Below, in pieces: positions 12,611 to 26,000 of a DNA stretch of 64,000 nt (position 1 is its first letter; each line of letters starts with the position of its first letter). The notes beneath the pieces are model-generated. The model saw nothing but the letters and a program-made list of their open reading frames with translations. It did no database searches and was not told where the DNA came from. The stretch is taken from NCBI GenBank assembly GCA_013239625.1, contig MU054098.1, forward strand, positions 961,568 to 1,025,567, written 5' to 3'. Both the position numbers and the translations under genes were made by a program. This DNA comes from Lama guanicoe. Lineage: Eukaryota.

Positions 12611-13597
12611 TTTTGATTGTACAGAACCAAAGATAGATACATGCATACATAGATGCATAGATGAAGGATGATAGATGACAGATACCAAGATATGGATACA
12701 GATATAGTATTTTTCCTGTAAGCACAGAATTGGTGATAAAAATCACTGAGCTGGAAACAAAAAGCTGCTAACTACCTTCATATTCTAAAGAAAATGCCTT
12801 CTTCGCTCATCAATTTGGGACCAGAATTCTTCTTGTAGGACTTTCTAAGAGGCTGTTAAGCCATTTCTAATCCCCTTCTCAATCTACATGAAAGGATTAG
12901 ACGTGAAAAAAGTTTGTCAGGACCTTCCGCAGGGTATTAGTGAGAGAATGAGCACCTTTTTTTCTATCTTGGGCTTCTCTCCAGCAAGCAGGGGGTGGGG
13001 GATTCCAAAAAGATATTTGAAGACTGGAATGCTTTTCAAGAAAAAAAAAAAACCTAAAAGAAACCAGCATCATGTTCCATGGCTTAGATGCTTGACGAGA
13101 TGAGAAGAGCAGGCCCACCTGGTGTTCTCATTAGAAAGAAGCAAGAAGAGATATTTCTTGAAATTGCTTTACAGTTGTTCCTTGAAGTTTGGGAGCCCAC
13201 AGAACATAGACACAGTGTCCATTTCTGGTTTTGAGATTTTTAAAGACAAGAGACCTGCTAAGGTCGTGTGTGCCGCAATGTGTGAAGAAACCATGGTGTA
13301 ATGGAAGTGAGGACCTCAGTAGTTGCTGTAGTTCCTCACAAAAGCTTATAAAGATTAGGGGTGACCCTACTGGCTCTAAGCACAAAGCAAAGTCCAATCC
13401 AGATAAGGAGTTCGGGTCTGATGTTGTGGCTGAAGTGAAATTTGGCTGCATTTCTCTGAGGGTGGTCTTCAGATACAGAGGATACAGGGAGAGCAGAAAA
13501 AGTCCGCTTGCATGGCATGATTCTTTCAGGTGCACTAAAAAGAATCACTCATCCCTTAAAAAATCCATTCTGCTTATTCATGTTTAAAGGCCCCTTT

Positions 13598-13695
13598 CCA
13601 TTCAATCAACAGATACTTACTGAATACTTAACTATGTTCCAGGCGGTATTCTAGGTGCTAGGGCTATAACAGTGAACAGAACAGATACAGGTGGA
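13598..13695 (-). mobile_element. L2 LINE 3' end
   Basis: 'cattcaatcaacagatacttactgaatacttaactatgttccaggc...ctaggtgctaggg...cagtgaacagaacaga'. Confidence 0.65.
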
Positions 13696-14627
13696 GAGAG
13701 ATTATAAATTGAGTCCACAAATGCTGCTAACACAGGGGTTGCAGGTGGTACTGACCACAAGCTTTGGCACAAAGCAGGAGCCTGATATATGTTACAATAA
13801 ATGAATAAGTGAGGGTAAATTAGGTGACCTCGATGATCATTTTCCCTTATTGTTTCTGATAGTGTCTTCTATTTATATATCTTTTAACTTATTAATTTTG
13901 ATGTTTAAAAGTTTTAATTACCAACTATATGCTGGATAATGCTAAAGTTTGTCATACTCTTGCATATACTATCTAATTTAATCTCCATAGCAGCACTATG
14001 ATGTAGACTATCTCAATATGTTTTACCCAATTAACAAGAGCTGGATTTGAAGGCCAGGTGTTTTGCTCCAAAACCCATACTGGTTTGTTTTGTTAGATCA
14101 CACTGTCTTTCCAATTTTATTGGAATGTATACTACAAAGTGTTAGAGCATCATCTATTTAATATTCATAGTGAAACCTTAATTTGTATATCACTTAACAT
14201 TCATAGTTTTCAAACTCATATATATATGTAATATCAAATTCCTTGGCATAGAAATATATACGTATTCTTATGTACTCTTATTTATACTCTGGATAGGTAG
14301 GGAATAGCCTCTTTTCACTGTTTTATAGATCAAGAAACTGAAACTTATAAAAGATAAATGATATAACTAGTAAGTGGCAAGTCTTCTGATGCTTTCAATA
14401 TACCACAGTGTAGTATACTCCTTTAATATACCACAATGCTTCAATGGTCCTTAGAAGATGCCTTTCCTCCCCATTTTCCTTCAAATTCCATTTTAAAATT
14501 TAACTCTTCTAGAAAGTATTTCCTTGTAATACCACTTCACCTCAAACCATGTACATTCTCCAAGTACCTTCCATACTTCTGTGTTACACATAATAACAAT
14601 GGATAATATTTATTAAGAGCCTACTAA

Positions 14628-15158
14628 CTACACAGTAGACTATTATTCAGCCATAAAAAAGGAGGAAATCCTACCATTTGTCACAACATGGATGGACCAT
14701 GAAGTCACTACTGTAAGTGAAATAAATCAGAGAAAGACAAATACCATACAATCTCAGTTATTTGTGGAATCTAAACCAAAACAAGACAAAAACAAAAACA
14801 AAAACAAAAAAAAAAAAGAAAAGAAACCTAACTCATAGATAAAGAGATCAAATTTGTTGTGATGGGGAGGGGGATGGGTGAAATTGGTGAAGGTGGTCAA
14901 AAGGTACAAACTTTAGTTATAAAATAAATAAGTCATGGGGATGTAATATATAGCATGGTGACTATAGTTAGTAATACTGTATTATGTATTTGAAAGTTGC
15001 TAGGAGTATAGATCTTAAAATTTATCATCAATAAGAAAAAACTTATAATTATTGTGATATTAACTAGATTTGTAATTGTTTTGCAATATATACATATATT
15101 AAATCATTATATTGTACAGCTGAAACTAATACAGTGTTACATGTCAATTAAAAAAAAA
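14628..15158 (+). mobile_element. LINE-1 3' end (L1MA-like): ORF2 terminus, 3'UTR, A tail
   Basis: 'tattattcagccataaaaaaggaggaaatcctaccatttg...tgtggaatctaaa...gaaggtggtcaaaaggtacaaac...tgtcaattaaaaaaaaa'. Confidence 0.85.
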
Positions 15159-15164
15159 TCTAAG

Positions 15165-15330
15165 CACCTGAGGGCCTTGTTACATCACAGATCAGTGGGG
15201 CCCTACTCCCAGAATTTTTGATTCAATTGGTGTAAGATGGGGCCCCAGAATTTGTATTTTGATCAAGTTCTTAGTTGCTGTTACTATTCTTAGATGTGGC
15301 CATTCCAGGGACCACACTTTGAGAAACACT
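15165..15330. mobile_element. MER5A-like hAT-Charlie non-autonomous DNA transposon (partial)
   Basis: 'cacctgagggccttgtta...ggggccccagaatttgtattt...ggaccacactttgagaaacactg' matches the MER5A body and one TIR. Confidence 0.7.
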
Positions 15331-15519
15331 GCTTGCTCTACAGAACTACTCCGCTCCATGAATAGTTGGAAAATCTTTCTAAAAGCATTCAATTACTTAC
15401 ATTTCTTTTCTTACGGGTTATTAGAAAAGAGAAAATGCCCCCATATCATGATCATCTCCTAGCTGTTTTGATTAGAGGTCTCAGGTCTCTACATCATTAG
15501 TAAATATTAATAATGATCA

Positions 15520-15720
15520 AATTTTAATAAACAGTATTTTTGAAGGCTTCTATTATCCATTATGCAGTAATCTCATTTTATTATATTATAGTCTATCAAA
15601 TAGGTAATATTACTATCCCTGTTTTACAGCTATGAAAACAAAATCACACAACAGGAAGAAATAGAGCCAAGATTCACACACAGGTCTGCTTGATACCAGA
15701 TAATGAGGTTTTAATTTCTC
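15520..15720 (-). mobile_element. MIR fragment
   Basis: 'taggtaatattactatccctgttttacag...agagccaagattcacacacaggtctg'. Confidence 0.45.
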
Positions 15721-15829
15721 CCTACCATTTCCTTTGAGATAATAAATTTGTAGAGACCAGAGATGTATTATTCAGTGTTTGATGTATTATTTTGATGTAT
15801 TCAATCAAAGAGAGATAATTAATCAAATA

Positions 15830-16392
15830 TAGGCATAACTCAGAGATATTGCAGGTTCTATTACAGGCCACCACAATAAAGCAAATATTGCAATGAAGTG
15901 AGTCACACAAATTTTTTGGCTTCTCAGTGTGTATAAAAGTTATGTTTATATTGTAGTATATTTAGTGTGCAATAGCCTTATATATAAAAAATGTACACAC
16001 CTTAATTGAAAAATACTTTACTGTTAAAAAATGCTAAGCATCACTTGAGCCTTCAGGCAGTCATAATCCTTTTGCAATAGTAACACATCACTGATTGCAG
16101 ATCACCCTAACAAATATAATAATAATGAAAAATTTGAAATACTGCAAGGATTACCAAAATGTGACATAGGCATGAAGAGAGAAAGTGCTGTTATAAAAAT
16201 GGCACTGATAGACTTGCTCAATGCAGAGTTTCCACAAACCTCCGATTTGTAAAAAAAAAAAAAAAATGCAGTATCTGTGAAAAATAAAAAAATGACCCCC
16301 AAACACAAAAAAAAAATATGTCAAAAAAAAAAAATGCAGTATCTGTGACACATAATAAAGTGACGCACACACACACAAAACAAGTATGCCTG
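15830..16392 (-). mobile_element. Internally deleted Tigger1-derived (TcMar-Tigger) non-autonomous element
   Basis: Terminal inverted repeats taggcata(a)ct... / ...agtatgcctg with TA duplications at 15828-29 and 16393-94; both Tigger1 termini are recognisable and no transposase is present. Confidence 0.85.
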
Positions 16393-16404
16393 TAATATAT
16401 CTCC

Positions 16405-16660
16405 TGAAGATTTTTTAAAGAAGCCTACTATGTGCCAGATATTGTTCTAGGTACTCTGCATGTACTGATTCTTTTAGAGCTCACAGCAACCTCTTATGGT
16501 AAATTCCACTGCAATTCCTATCTTATTGATGAGGACACTTGAGGCACAGAGAGGTTATGTGTCTTGTCCAATCTTCAAGAAGTAGTAAGTAGAAAAGATG
16601 CGCTATTAATGCAGGCAGTCTGGTTTCAGAGACCCTGCGCTCCTACTCAGCTCATTCTAC
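16405..16660 (-). mobile_element. MIR SINE
   Basis: 'cctactatgtgccagatattgttctagg...ctcacagcaacc...gatgaggacacttgaggcacagagaggtta...caggcagtctggtttcagag'. Confidence 0.7.
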
Positions 16661-18719
16661 ACTCTCTGTTTTACCTTGCTTTTGATTAGATATTGTTCAT
16701 TAGATGTTGTTTAATCTTTTTTTCACATCACACTCCTAATAGGCAGGCTGCAACTCAACTCTTTTTGTACCACTATATAAGTAAGGCTCAATATAGCATC
16801 CTACATCTGAAGGGAGTTTAGAAAATAATTTGAAAGAAAATAGTAGCTCCTTGAATACAGACACACAAGTTAGCAGTCTTTCCCAGAGCAAATAAATAAG
16901 CTCCCTTCTTTCTTTTTCTTTTTCTTTGAACGTGTCATGGCAGGGAATATTTGACATTAATGTGAAAAAATATCATGGCTTCTTTGGATATTACATTTGT
17001 TTTTCTTGACTGGGTGTTGAACCTGTTTTCTAGGAATGAGAATGGTTTTGAGCTGATCAGCTATAAGCTTTCCACCCAGTGCCCCTGGTCATCAAAAACA
17101 CTGATTTGCAAGTTAGTTCCAGAGGGGAGGGTGACATTCTATGACCAGAGATTAGAAGAATACAAAGGTGTTCACACAAGAGTTAAGTCTGTACTTCTAG
17201 TCATTCTGCATGTTATGCATCCATGTTACTCCATGTTCCGTATACATATACATAAACATATCTCCTAAGCAAACAGATGATTCTTCCATTCCTCTGACTT
17301 AAAACATTTGATGGGTCCCATATGCCTGTGACATTGTATTCCAAATCTGGCTTAAAAAAAAACTTGAAAAAAAGTAACTTCCAAGGCCAGGGAACTTGTG
17401 TATTTAACAAGCTCCCTGATAGATTCATTCAAAGTTGAAACTTTGAAATTCATTCCAAGTTGAAAAGCACTGGCCTATTAGAATTGAGGACAGTCTCTTC
17501 AGCTTTGTTCTATTCTGGCATTTCCAGCCTTATCTTCCAGTAAATCTATATTTCAGTCTTCTTTGTATTCCCCAAAACCTGTAGTACATGCTTTGCACAG
17601 AGCAGGGATTCAGTATGTTTATAAACTGACCTTGGTATTTGAGTGTTCTCGTCCACTATACGAAGTAGCCAGCAAGTTGGTGTGGGAAATAATATTGGTC
17701 TGTGTCCTCTGCTTACTCTGCTACTTCTCTTTTCTTCCTTGGCAAACCTGGCGCTGCCTGAAAAATGAAATATCAAGGTGACATTCAGTTTTAACTTGGT
17801 CAGTTAACTTCAGAGAATGGTCACAGCAGAGTGGAGATACAGAAGGTGAAATATCCCTCACATTGAGAATCTCGCCCAAGGCACAGCAAAAGTCATCATC
17901 CAGTCACCTCCTCCATCATTTCACATTAATGACTACAGTTTTAGGTTTTAAAATACTGATTCTCTGCTGTTTCAAGAAGTCTTCAATTTATCCACATTCC
18001 CAATTTCATCTTCGATTGAAAAAGAAAGATGTAGCGCCAGCTACTACTTTCTCTCCCTTCAGTCTAGACTGCCAACATTCCTAACTCACACCAAGTGGTT
18101 CCATTATTCTTATTCACCTGTCTGTCTATTGAGGTCTTATTGTCCCTTGTTCCCTTGAAAATAATGTCATCATCTGTAAGATCACTTGGCTGTATGCTGC
18201 TCTCTGTGTACTGTGAAAATTCATTCTGGTGGAAATAGGAATTTTGTCAATATGAAAAAAATAGCCCAACATTTTCTTTAGCCATTTGATGAGTTAAGCT
18301 GACATTATAGGAATATTAATTAGTTAAACCAATGGATGCACTTGTGTGTGTATGTGTACGTGCATTTGTGTATTCAGTGCACTTGAGTGTTTGCATGCGC
18401 ACGTGAAGAGACCAGGGGGCACTGAAAGCCAGCCTGTGCTCCACACGTACTTTGCTATAGTGGTGGATATGCCAGGTAAAAAGGGATACGGTTTTCCCTT
18501 GCCTAAAGGTCACATCTGATCACCAAACCGTGTGCTTGAGGGACCACATTTTTTTTCTGATTCAACCATTAATAGAAGGTGGCTTTTTCTAATTTTCACA
18601 GAAATCAATATAAACCAGCATACACATGCATGTTCCTGTGTATGTGTGTGGGGTGGGCAAGGGGAAGGAAGAAGGAGAGAGAGGGAGAGAGAAATCATAA
18701 AACCACGCATTTGTAGGCT

Positions 18720-19275
18720 TAGAAGCTTAGGCTTGAGATGCCTGTTGGACATCCCAGTGAAAATGTCCAGTTGGCAGTTGGACATACGCGTGTGCATTTC
18801 AGGAGAAACGTTTGGGCTGCAGATTAAAACTTAAGAATCATCAGAAATTAAGCAGCAATTAAAGCATTAGATTAATTTTATCACCCAGAGAGTAAATGGA
18901 AATAAGTCTAAACAAGGATTGAGTCCTGGGACACTACTATACTGATGGGAAGGGAAGAAAAGAAGTAATATAAAGTAGGAATGTGTGAAGTTTTAGAGGC
19001 CAAGTCAAATAAATATTTTAAGAAGAGAATGATCAATTGCATCAATTGTTGAGGATGGGTAAGTAAGATGCACGTGGAGAACTGGATTTAGCAGCGTGGA
19101 GATACTAGCAATCTAGACAAGAGAAGATTCAGGGCAATATTAAGTATGAAAACCTGACTGGAATGGGTTTAAGATCATAGGAAAAGAAGAATTTGCAATA
19201 CGTCTTTAGAGTTTTGCTCCAACGAGCAGGAAAAAATAAATAGTAGCTCAAGGAAATGTATGGGATCAAAGGAGG
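18720..19275 (-). mobile_element. L2 LINE internal fragment
   Basis: 'ttgagatgcctgttggacatcccagtg...ggcagttggacatac...ctggatttagcagcgtggag...cctgactggaatgggtttaag'. Confidence 0.75.
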
Positions 19276-19759
19276 TTCACTTTAACCTGTACAAAATAAC
19301 AAACATATAGAAAACTACACAAAGCATAAATATAGTTTAATAAATAATGATACAGGGAACAGCTGGGTTGCCACAACCTAAATCAAGATCCAGAACGTTG
19401 CAATACCCTAGACGCCATGTGTACGACCATACTGATCAGCTTTCCCTCCTCTTTAGAGCTAAGCACCATTTTGATTTTCTCAATCACTTCCTTGATGTTC
19501 TTTATACTTTTGTCCCATTACTATCTATCTCTAAACACCAACTGTTTAGTTTGGTTAGATTTTGACATTTAGATAAATGTAATTACACTCTATGTATTTG
19601 TGTCCGTCTTCTCTCACTAATATTGTTTTTCAGGTTAATTCATATTGCAGTTTTTTAGCTGTACTTGCTTTAGTTTTACTGCTGTGTATCATAATTTATG
19701 TATCCATTCTCTGTTGATAGATATTTGGGCTTTTCCAGTTGATGCCCTGCACCAAGGTC

Positions 19760-20225
19760 CTGTGGCCAACATCAGATTTTAGTTGCTACTGTGGTCAGCA
19801 GTGCCCCTCCCTACATGATAGATTGGAAGCAACCCAACTCGATTAGTAGCTGCAGCCATTCTGTATTTTTTCTTTTCTTTTTCTTCAGGTCTTTCCCCAA
19901 AGCCTCAGCTGACTGCTTGGCTAGCTAGCAGGGCAGCCCACAAGAGCAGAGAAGCTGATTTTCCCAGGGTCCGTCCTCAACTAGTGAGGTACAGCTGTCT
20001 TCTGGAGGGACAATTTTGAGGTAAATTCTACGCACTTCCTCATAGCACAAATGAACCACAGTTGCTCAGAATACTACTCAGTTTAGAATGCAAACTTAAC
20101 TGATTTTCCGTTTTTCCTGCCTCATTCTTCCTGCTTCTTCAATTGTATTTCCTGAGATCACCTCTCATATAAACTACCTGAACTCAAATCTTTGTTTCAG
20201 ACTGTCCTAAGAGAAACTAAAATAA
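19760..20225 (+). mobile_element. ERVL LTR, LTR16-like
   Basis: 'ggagggacaattttgagg...ttcctgagatcacctctcatataaactacctgaactcaaatctttgtttcag' resembles the LTR16 3' half; host L1 resumes after it. Confidence 0.6.
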
Positions 20226-20302
20226 AAATCTTTCATAAATAATGCAACTGTGAATATTCTTATACATACCTCTTGGGGCACATGTGTGTAAATTGCACTA
20301 AA

Positions 20303-20489
20303 GGAGGACTCAGAAAACATTTTCTGTAGAGGTCTAGGAAATAAATATTTTAGGTAGCCACATGTGATCTCTGTCACATAATTCTTTTTTGTTGTTGTTT
20401 GGTTTTGTTTTCACAAGCATTTTAAATGTAAAACCATTCTTATCTCATGGGGCAGATTTGACCTAAGGAGTATAGTCTGCCAACCACTG
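20303..20489. mobile_element. MER58C-like hAT-Charlie element
   Basis: 'ttttctgtagagg...taaatattttagg...tctctgtcacata...aaatgtaaaaccattctta...cagatttgacc...tagtctgccaaccactg'. Confidence 0.65.
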
Positions 20490-22515
20490 CTCTAGGATAT
20501 ATTTTTGTGAATGAAATCACTAGGTCAAAGCATATATACTTCAACTTTTTAATATACTGTCAGACATTTTCCCAAAGTGGTTGTTCAAGCTCAGTAGTAG
20601 TGCATAAGAGATGTAGTTATTCCACAAACTTGCCTACATTTTGTATTCGACAGAATATTTAATTTTGCCCATTTTCTTAGGAGTGTAATGGTATTACAAT
20701 GTGGCTTTATTTTGCATTTCCTTAATAACTAATCAGGTTGAGAAATTTTTCATATGCTTAATGGCTAATTGTTTTTCTGTTCAACTAGTACCAGTTCAGG
20801 TAATTTTCTGGTTTTCTTTTGGAGTACCTGTTTTTTTTTCCTTGTTGGTTTATAGGAGTTCTTTATATATTCTGGATATGAATTCTTTTATTCATTTGTG
20901 CTATAAATATCATCTCTCACTCCATTACTTGCACTTTAACTTTATTAATGATTTCTTTTGATAAAAATTCCTATTTTTATTGAAGCAAGGTTTATTAATC
21001 ATTTCTTTTATGGTTAGTGAATTTTGTATTCCATTTAAGAAACTGTTTATCTCAAGGTCATAAAGATACTCTCCTAGGTTAATTTCTAGAGCTTTAGTTT
21101 TTTCTATCATATTAAATTCTAAAATCTAATAGGAGTCATTTATTTTTGTGTAATGTGAGATAGAGTTCCAATTTCATTTTATTTCCATTTGAATATCAAT
21201 TATCCTAGCAATATTTGTTTAAAAGATTATTCTTGCCCCACTCCTGAGCTATGGCAGCTGTGTTATAACTTGTCTCTATGTGTGTGGGTTTAAATCTGTG
21301 CTCTACTCTGTTGCATTTGTCTTTTTGAAGATCCTGCACAGATATAACACTGTGTATAAAAAATGTTAAATCAATCTGTCAGTTGCCACCAACACAAAGA
21401 AAACTAGAATTCTGATGATGATTCCACTGGATCTATGGATTAATTATTGGAGAAATGGTAAGTTTATAATATTGAGCATTCTAATAGATAGATATGGTAT
21501 GTTTCTTTATTTAGGGCTTTTTTAATGTCTTTCAATAATTTTTATTGATTTTCCTGTAGATTTATTTCTTGATTTTGATATTCTTATTGCCATTGTGGGT
21601 CTTATCCTTTGTACTTTAATTTTGAATTGAATTTTTGAATAATATTAGGAAATGTAAAAATAAAATTGATATGTATATATTGTCATTTTGTTCAGACTTT
21701 CCTAAATTCATATTCTTTTCTATTGTGATAAAATACACATAATATAAAATTCACCATTTTAACATTTTTTAAAGTGTACAATTTAGTGATTTTTAGTATA
21801 TTCACAAAGTTGTACAATCATCAAACTATCTAGGTCCAGAACATTATCATTATCCCCAAAGGAAGTTAAGTACCTATTAGACTTCCCCATCCCACACTCC
21901 CTGAACCACTAATCTGCTTTCAGACTCTAATTTGCCACTTCTGGAAATTTATAAATGGAATCATACACAATGTAGCCTTTCATGTATGGCTTTGTTCACT
22001 TAGCATAATATTTTAAAGGCTCATCCATGTCATAGCATGAATCATTACTTCATTTCTTTTTATGGCCGAATAATATTCTGTGTGGATACACCACATTGTA
22101 TTTATCCATTCATCAATTGATTGACGTTAGAATGGTTTCCACTTTTTGAATATTATACATAATGCTGCTATGAACAATCATATAGAAGTTTTTCATGGAT
22201 ATATATTTTAATATTTTATGGGCATATACCAAAAAATTTAATTACTGGATCATATGGTATCATATCATATTTTTGAAGAACTTCAAACTCTTTTCCAAAG
22301 TATCTGCATCATTTTAGATTTCTACCAGCAATGTATGAGGGCTCCAACTTCTCCACATCCTTGTCAATATTGGTTATTGTCCAACTTTTTGATTATAGCC
22401 ATCCTGGTGTGTGTGAAGTGATAATCTAGTTATGGGTTTCCTTTATATTTCTTTCATGACTAATGGTATTGAGCATCTTTGCATATTCTTTGATGGTCAT
22501 TTGTATATACTCTTT

Positions 22516-23016
22516 TTGTTCCAATTACATTTTTTATTGAAGTATAGTTGATTAAAAATGTTGTTTTAATTCTAAGTGTACAGCAAAGTGATTCAGTTAT
22601 ACATACATATATATACATATATATGTTTATAAGTTCTTTTTCAGATTCTTTTCCATTATAGATTATTACAAGATAATGAATATAGTTCCTTGTGCTATAC
22701 AGTAGGTACTTATTGTTTATCTATTTTATATACAGTACTGTGTATCTTTTAATCCCAAACACATAATTTATCCCTCCCCAACCTTCCCCTTTGGTCACTG
22801 TAAGTTTGTTTTCTATGTCTGTGAGTCTGTTTCTATATTGTAAAAAAGTTCATTGTATTAATTTTAAGATTCTACATGTAAATGATATCATATGATACTT
22901 GTCTTTGCCTGACTTATATCACTTAGTATCGTTATCTCCAGTTCTATCCATGTTGCTGCCAGTGGCCTTATTTCATTACTTATGGCTGAGAAATATTCCA
23001 TTTTATATGTGTGTGT

Positions 23017-23064
<48 letters not shown>

Positions 23065-26000
23065 ATGTGTATATGTATACACACGTGTGTATACACATAC
23101 ATGCATACGACATCTTCTTTATCCATTCATCCATTGACAGGCATTTAGGTTGCTTCCATGTCTTGGCTATTGTAAATAGCACTGCTATGAACACTGATGT
23201 GCATGTATCTTTTCAAATCAGAGTTCCCTCTGGATATATGCCCAGGAGGGGGATTGATGTATCATATGGTAAGTCTATTTTTAGTTTTCTAAGGAACCTC
23301 TATACTGTTCTCCATAATGGCTGCACCAATTTACATACCGACTAACAGTGTAGGAGGGTTTCCTTTTCTCCACACCCTCTCCATAATTTATTATTTGTAT
23401 TCTTTTTGATGATGGCTGTTTTGACTGGTGTGAGGTGATAACTCATTGTGGTTTTCATTTGCATTTATCTAATAATTAGCAATGTTGAGGATCTTTTCAT
23501 ATGCTTGTTGGCCATAAGTATGTCTTCTTTGGAGAAATATCTATTTAGGTCTTCTGCCCCTTTTTTGATTGGGTTATTTGTTTTAATATTGAGCTGTATG
23601 AGTTGTTTGTACAGTTTGGAAATAAATGCCTTTTCAGTCACACCATTTGCAAATATTTTCTTCCAATATGTAGGTTTTCTTTTTGTTTATAGTTTCCTTT
23701 GCTGTGTGAAAGCTTTTAAGTTTATTTAGGTCCCATTTTAAAAATTTTGTTTTTATTTCCTTTACTCTAGGAGACAGATCCAAAAAAATATTGCTACAAT
23801 TTATGTCAGAGTGTCCTGCCTTTATTTTGCTCTAGGAGTTTTATAGTACCCAGTCTTACATTTAGGTCTTTATACCATTTTGAATTTATTTTTGTATATG
23901 GTGTTAGAGGTTGTTCTAATTTCATTCATTTACATACAGGTGTCCAGTTTTCCCAGCACCACTTACTGAAGAGACTATCTTTTCTGCATTGTATATTATT
24001 ATTTCCTTTGTTGTAGATTAACTGACCATAAGTGTGTGGGTTAATTTCTGGACTTTCTGTCCTGTTCTATTGATCTATATGTCTGTTTTTGTGCCAGTAC
24101 TGTACTGTTTTGATTACTGTAGCTTTGTAGTATAGTCTGAAGTCAAGGAGCCTGATTCCTCCAGCACTGTTCTTCTTTCTCAAGATTGTTTTGGCTATTG
24201 GGGTCTTCTGTGTTTCCATAAATATTTAAAAATTTTTGTTCTAGTTCTGTGAAAAATGCCATTGGTAAATTGATAGACCTTGTATTGCATATGTAGATTT
24301 CCTTGTGTCGTATTGTCATTTTAACAATATTGATCCAGCCAATTCAAGAACAGGGTATATATTTCCGTTTTGTTTAGGTCCCCTTCAATTTCTTTCATCA
24401 GCATCTTACAGTTTTTGGAGTACCTGCCTTTTGTCTCCTTAGGTAGGTTTATTCCTAGGTATTTTATTCTTTTTGATGTGATGGTAAGTGGGATTGTTTT
24501 CTTAATTTCTCTGATACTTTGTTGTTGATGTATAGAAATGCAGCATCCCTTCACTTCCAGTCTATGCATATCTCTTGATCTGAAGTGAGTCTCTTGTAGG
24601 CAGCATATATACAGGTCTTGTTTTTGTATCAATTCAGCCAGTCTCTCTCTTTTGGTCAGAGAATTTAGTCCTTTTACACTTAAGGTAACTATTGAAATAT
24701 ATGTAATTAATTCATTTTATTAATTGTTTTGGATTTGATTTTGTGGCTCTTTTTTCCCCTTTCTTCTTTTGTTGTTTTCTCTTGTGATCTGATGACTATC
24801 TTTTGGGTTATGTCTGGATTCCTTTTCCTTTTTTGTGTGTATATCTCTATTATAGATATTATATGTGATTTGCAGTTAGTATGAGGTTTTTGTATAGCAG
24901 TTTATGTATAAATGTGATTGTTTTAAGCTGCTAATCTCTTAATTTCAAATGCATTTTAGATACCCTATATTTGTACTCTCCTCTCCTCATGATTACTGTT
25001 TTTGATAACATATTTTATATGTAGTCATTTTGTGTATCCCTTAACTGCTTATTGTGGATACATATGATTTTATTATCTTATCTTTTAACCTCCTTATAGT
25101 TTGTATGTGGATGATTTCCTGCCTTTACTGTATGCTTGCCTTTACCCGTGAGCTTTCTCATTTTATAATTTTTTTTGTTTTTAAGCATGACCTTTTCTTT
25201 TTTACTTAGAGAATTTCCTTTAACATTTCTTGTAAATTTGTTTGGTGGTGCTGAATTCTTTGAACTTTTGCTTGTCTGTAAAGCTTTTGATTTCTCCATC
25301 AAATCTGAATGAGGGCCTTGCTGGGTAGAATATCTTTGGTTGTAGGGTTTTCCCTTTTATTACTTAAGTATATTGTGCCACTCCATTGTGGCCTGCAGAG
25401 TCTCTGTTGAGAAATCAGCTGATAGCCTTACGGGAATTCTCTTGTATGTTATTTGTTGCTTCTTCCTTGTTGCTTTTAGTATTGTCACTTTATCTTTAAC
25501 TTTGTCATTTTGATTACAATCTGTTTTGATGTGATCCTCTTTGGGTCAGTCCTGTATGGGTCTCTGTGCTTCCTGGACTTGAGTGCCTGTTTCCTTTCCC
25601 AGGTTAGGGAAGTTTTCAGCTACCATCTCATCAAGTATTTCCTCAGGCTCGTTCGCTATCTCTTCTTCTGGGATCCCTATAATGCAATTATTAGTGCACC
25701 TGATATTGTCCCACAGGTCTCTTAAACTGTCCTCATTTATTTTCATTCTTTTTTTCATTTTCTTTTTGTTCAGCAGCAGTGATTTCCAATACTCTTGTCT
25801 TCCACCTCACTGATCTTTTCTGCTTCATTTAGTCTACTATTGATTCCTTTTAGTGTATTTTTCACTTCAGTTATTGTATTCTTCAACTCTGGTTGTTCTT
25901 TTATTGTTGCTTGTTTAAAAACTTGTAACTTCTCACTCTGTGTATCCATTCTTCTCCCAAGTTCTTTGATCATCTTTACAATCATTATTCTGAACTCTTT

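Larger units (their letters stand above)
19290..21710 (-). mobile_element. Ancient LINE-1 (L1ME/L1MD-like) 3' part, interrupted by an LTR and a MER58
   Basis: Antisense 3'UTR and ORF2-end motifs ('tatccattctctgttgatagatatttggg', 'ttgcatttccttaataactaat'); minus ORF 20925-21110 resembles ORF2p (LEINLGEYLYDL). Confidence 0.7.

Noticed and set aside
13131..13587. Overlapping 134-aa and 118-aa ORFs on opposite strands in unique DNA
   Set aside because: Non-ATG starts, no recognisable homology, no convincing splice boundaries.
22888..23345. ORFs with VCVCVC / THTHTH runs
   Set aside because: Translations of the (TG)n(TA)n microsatellite within an L1.
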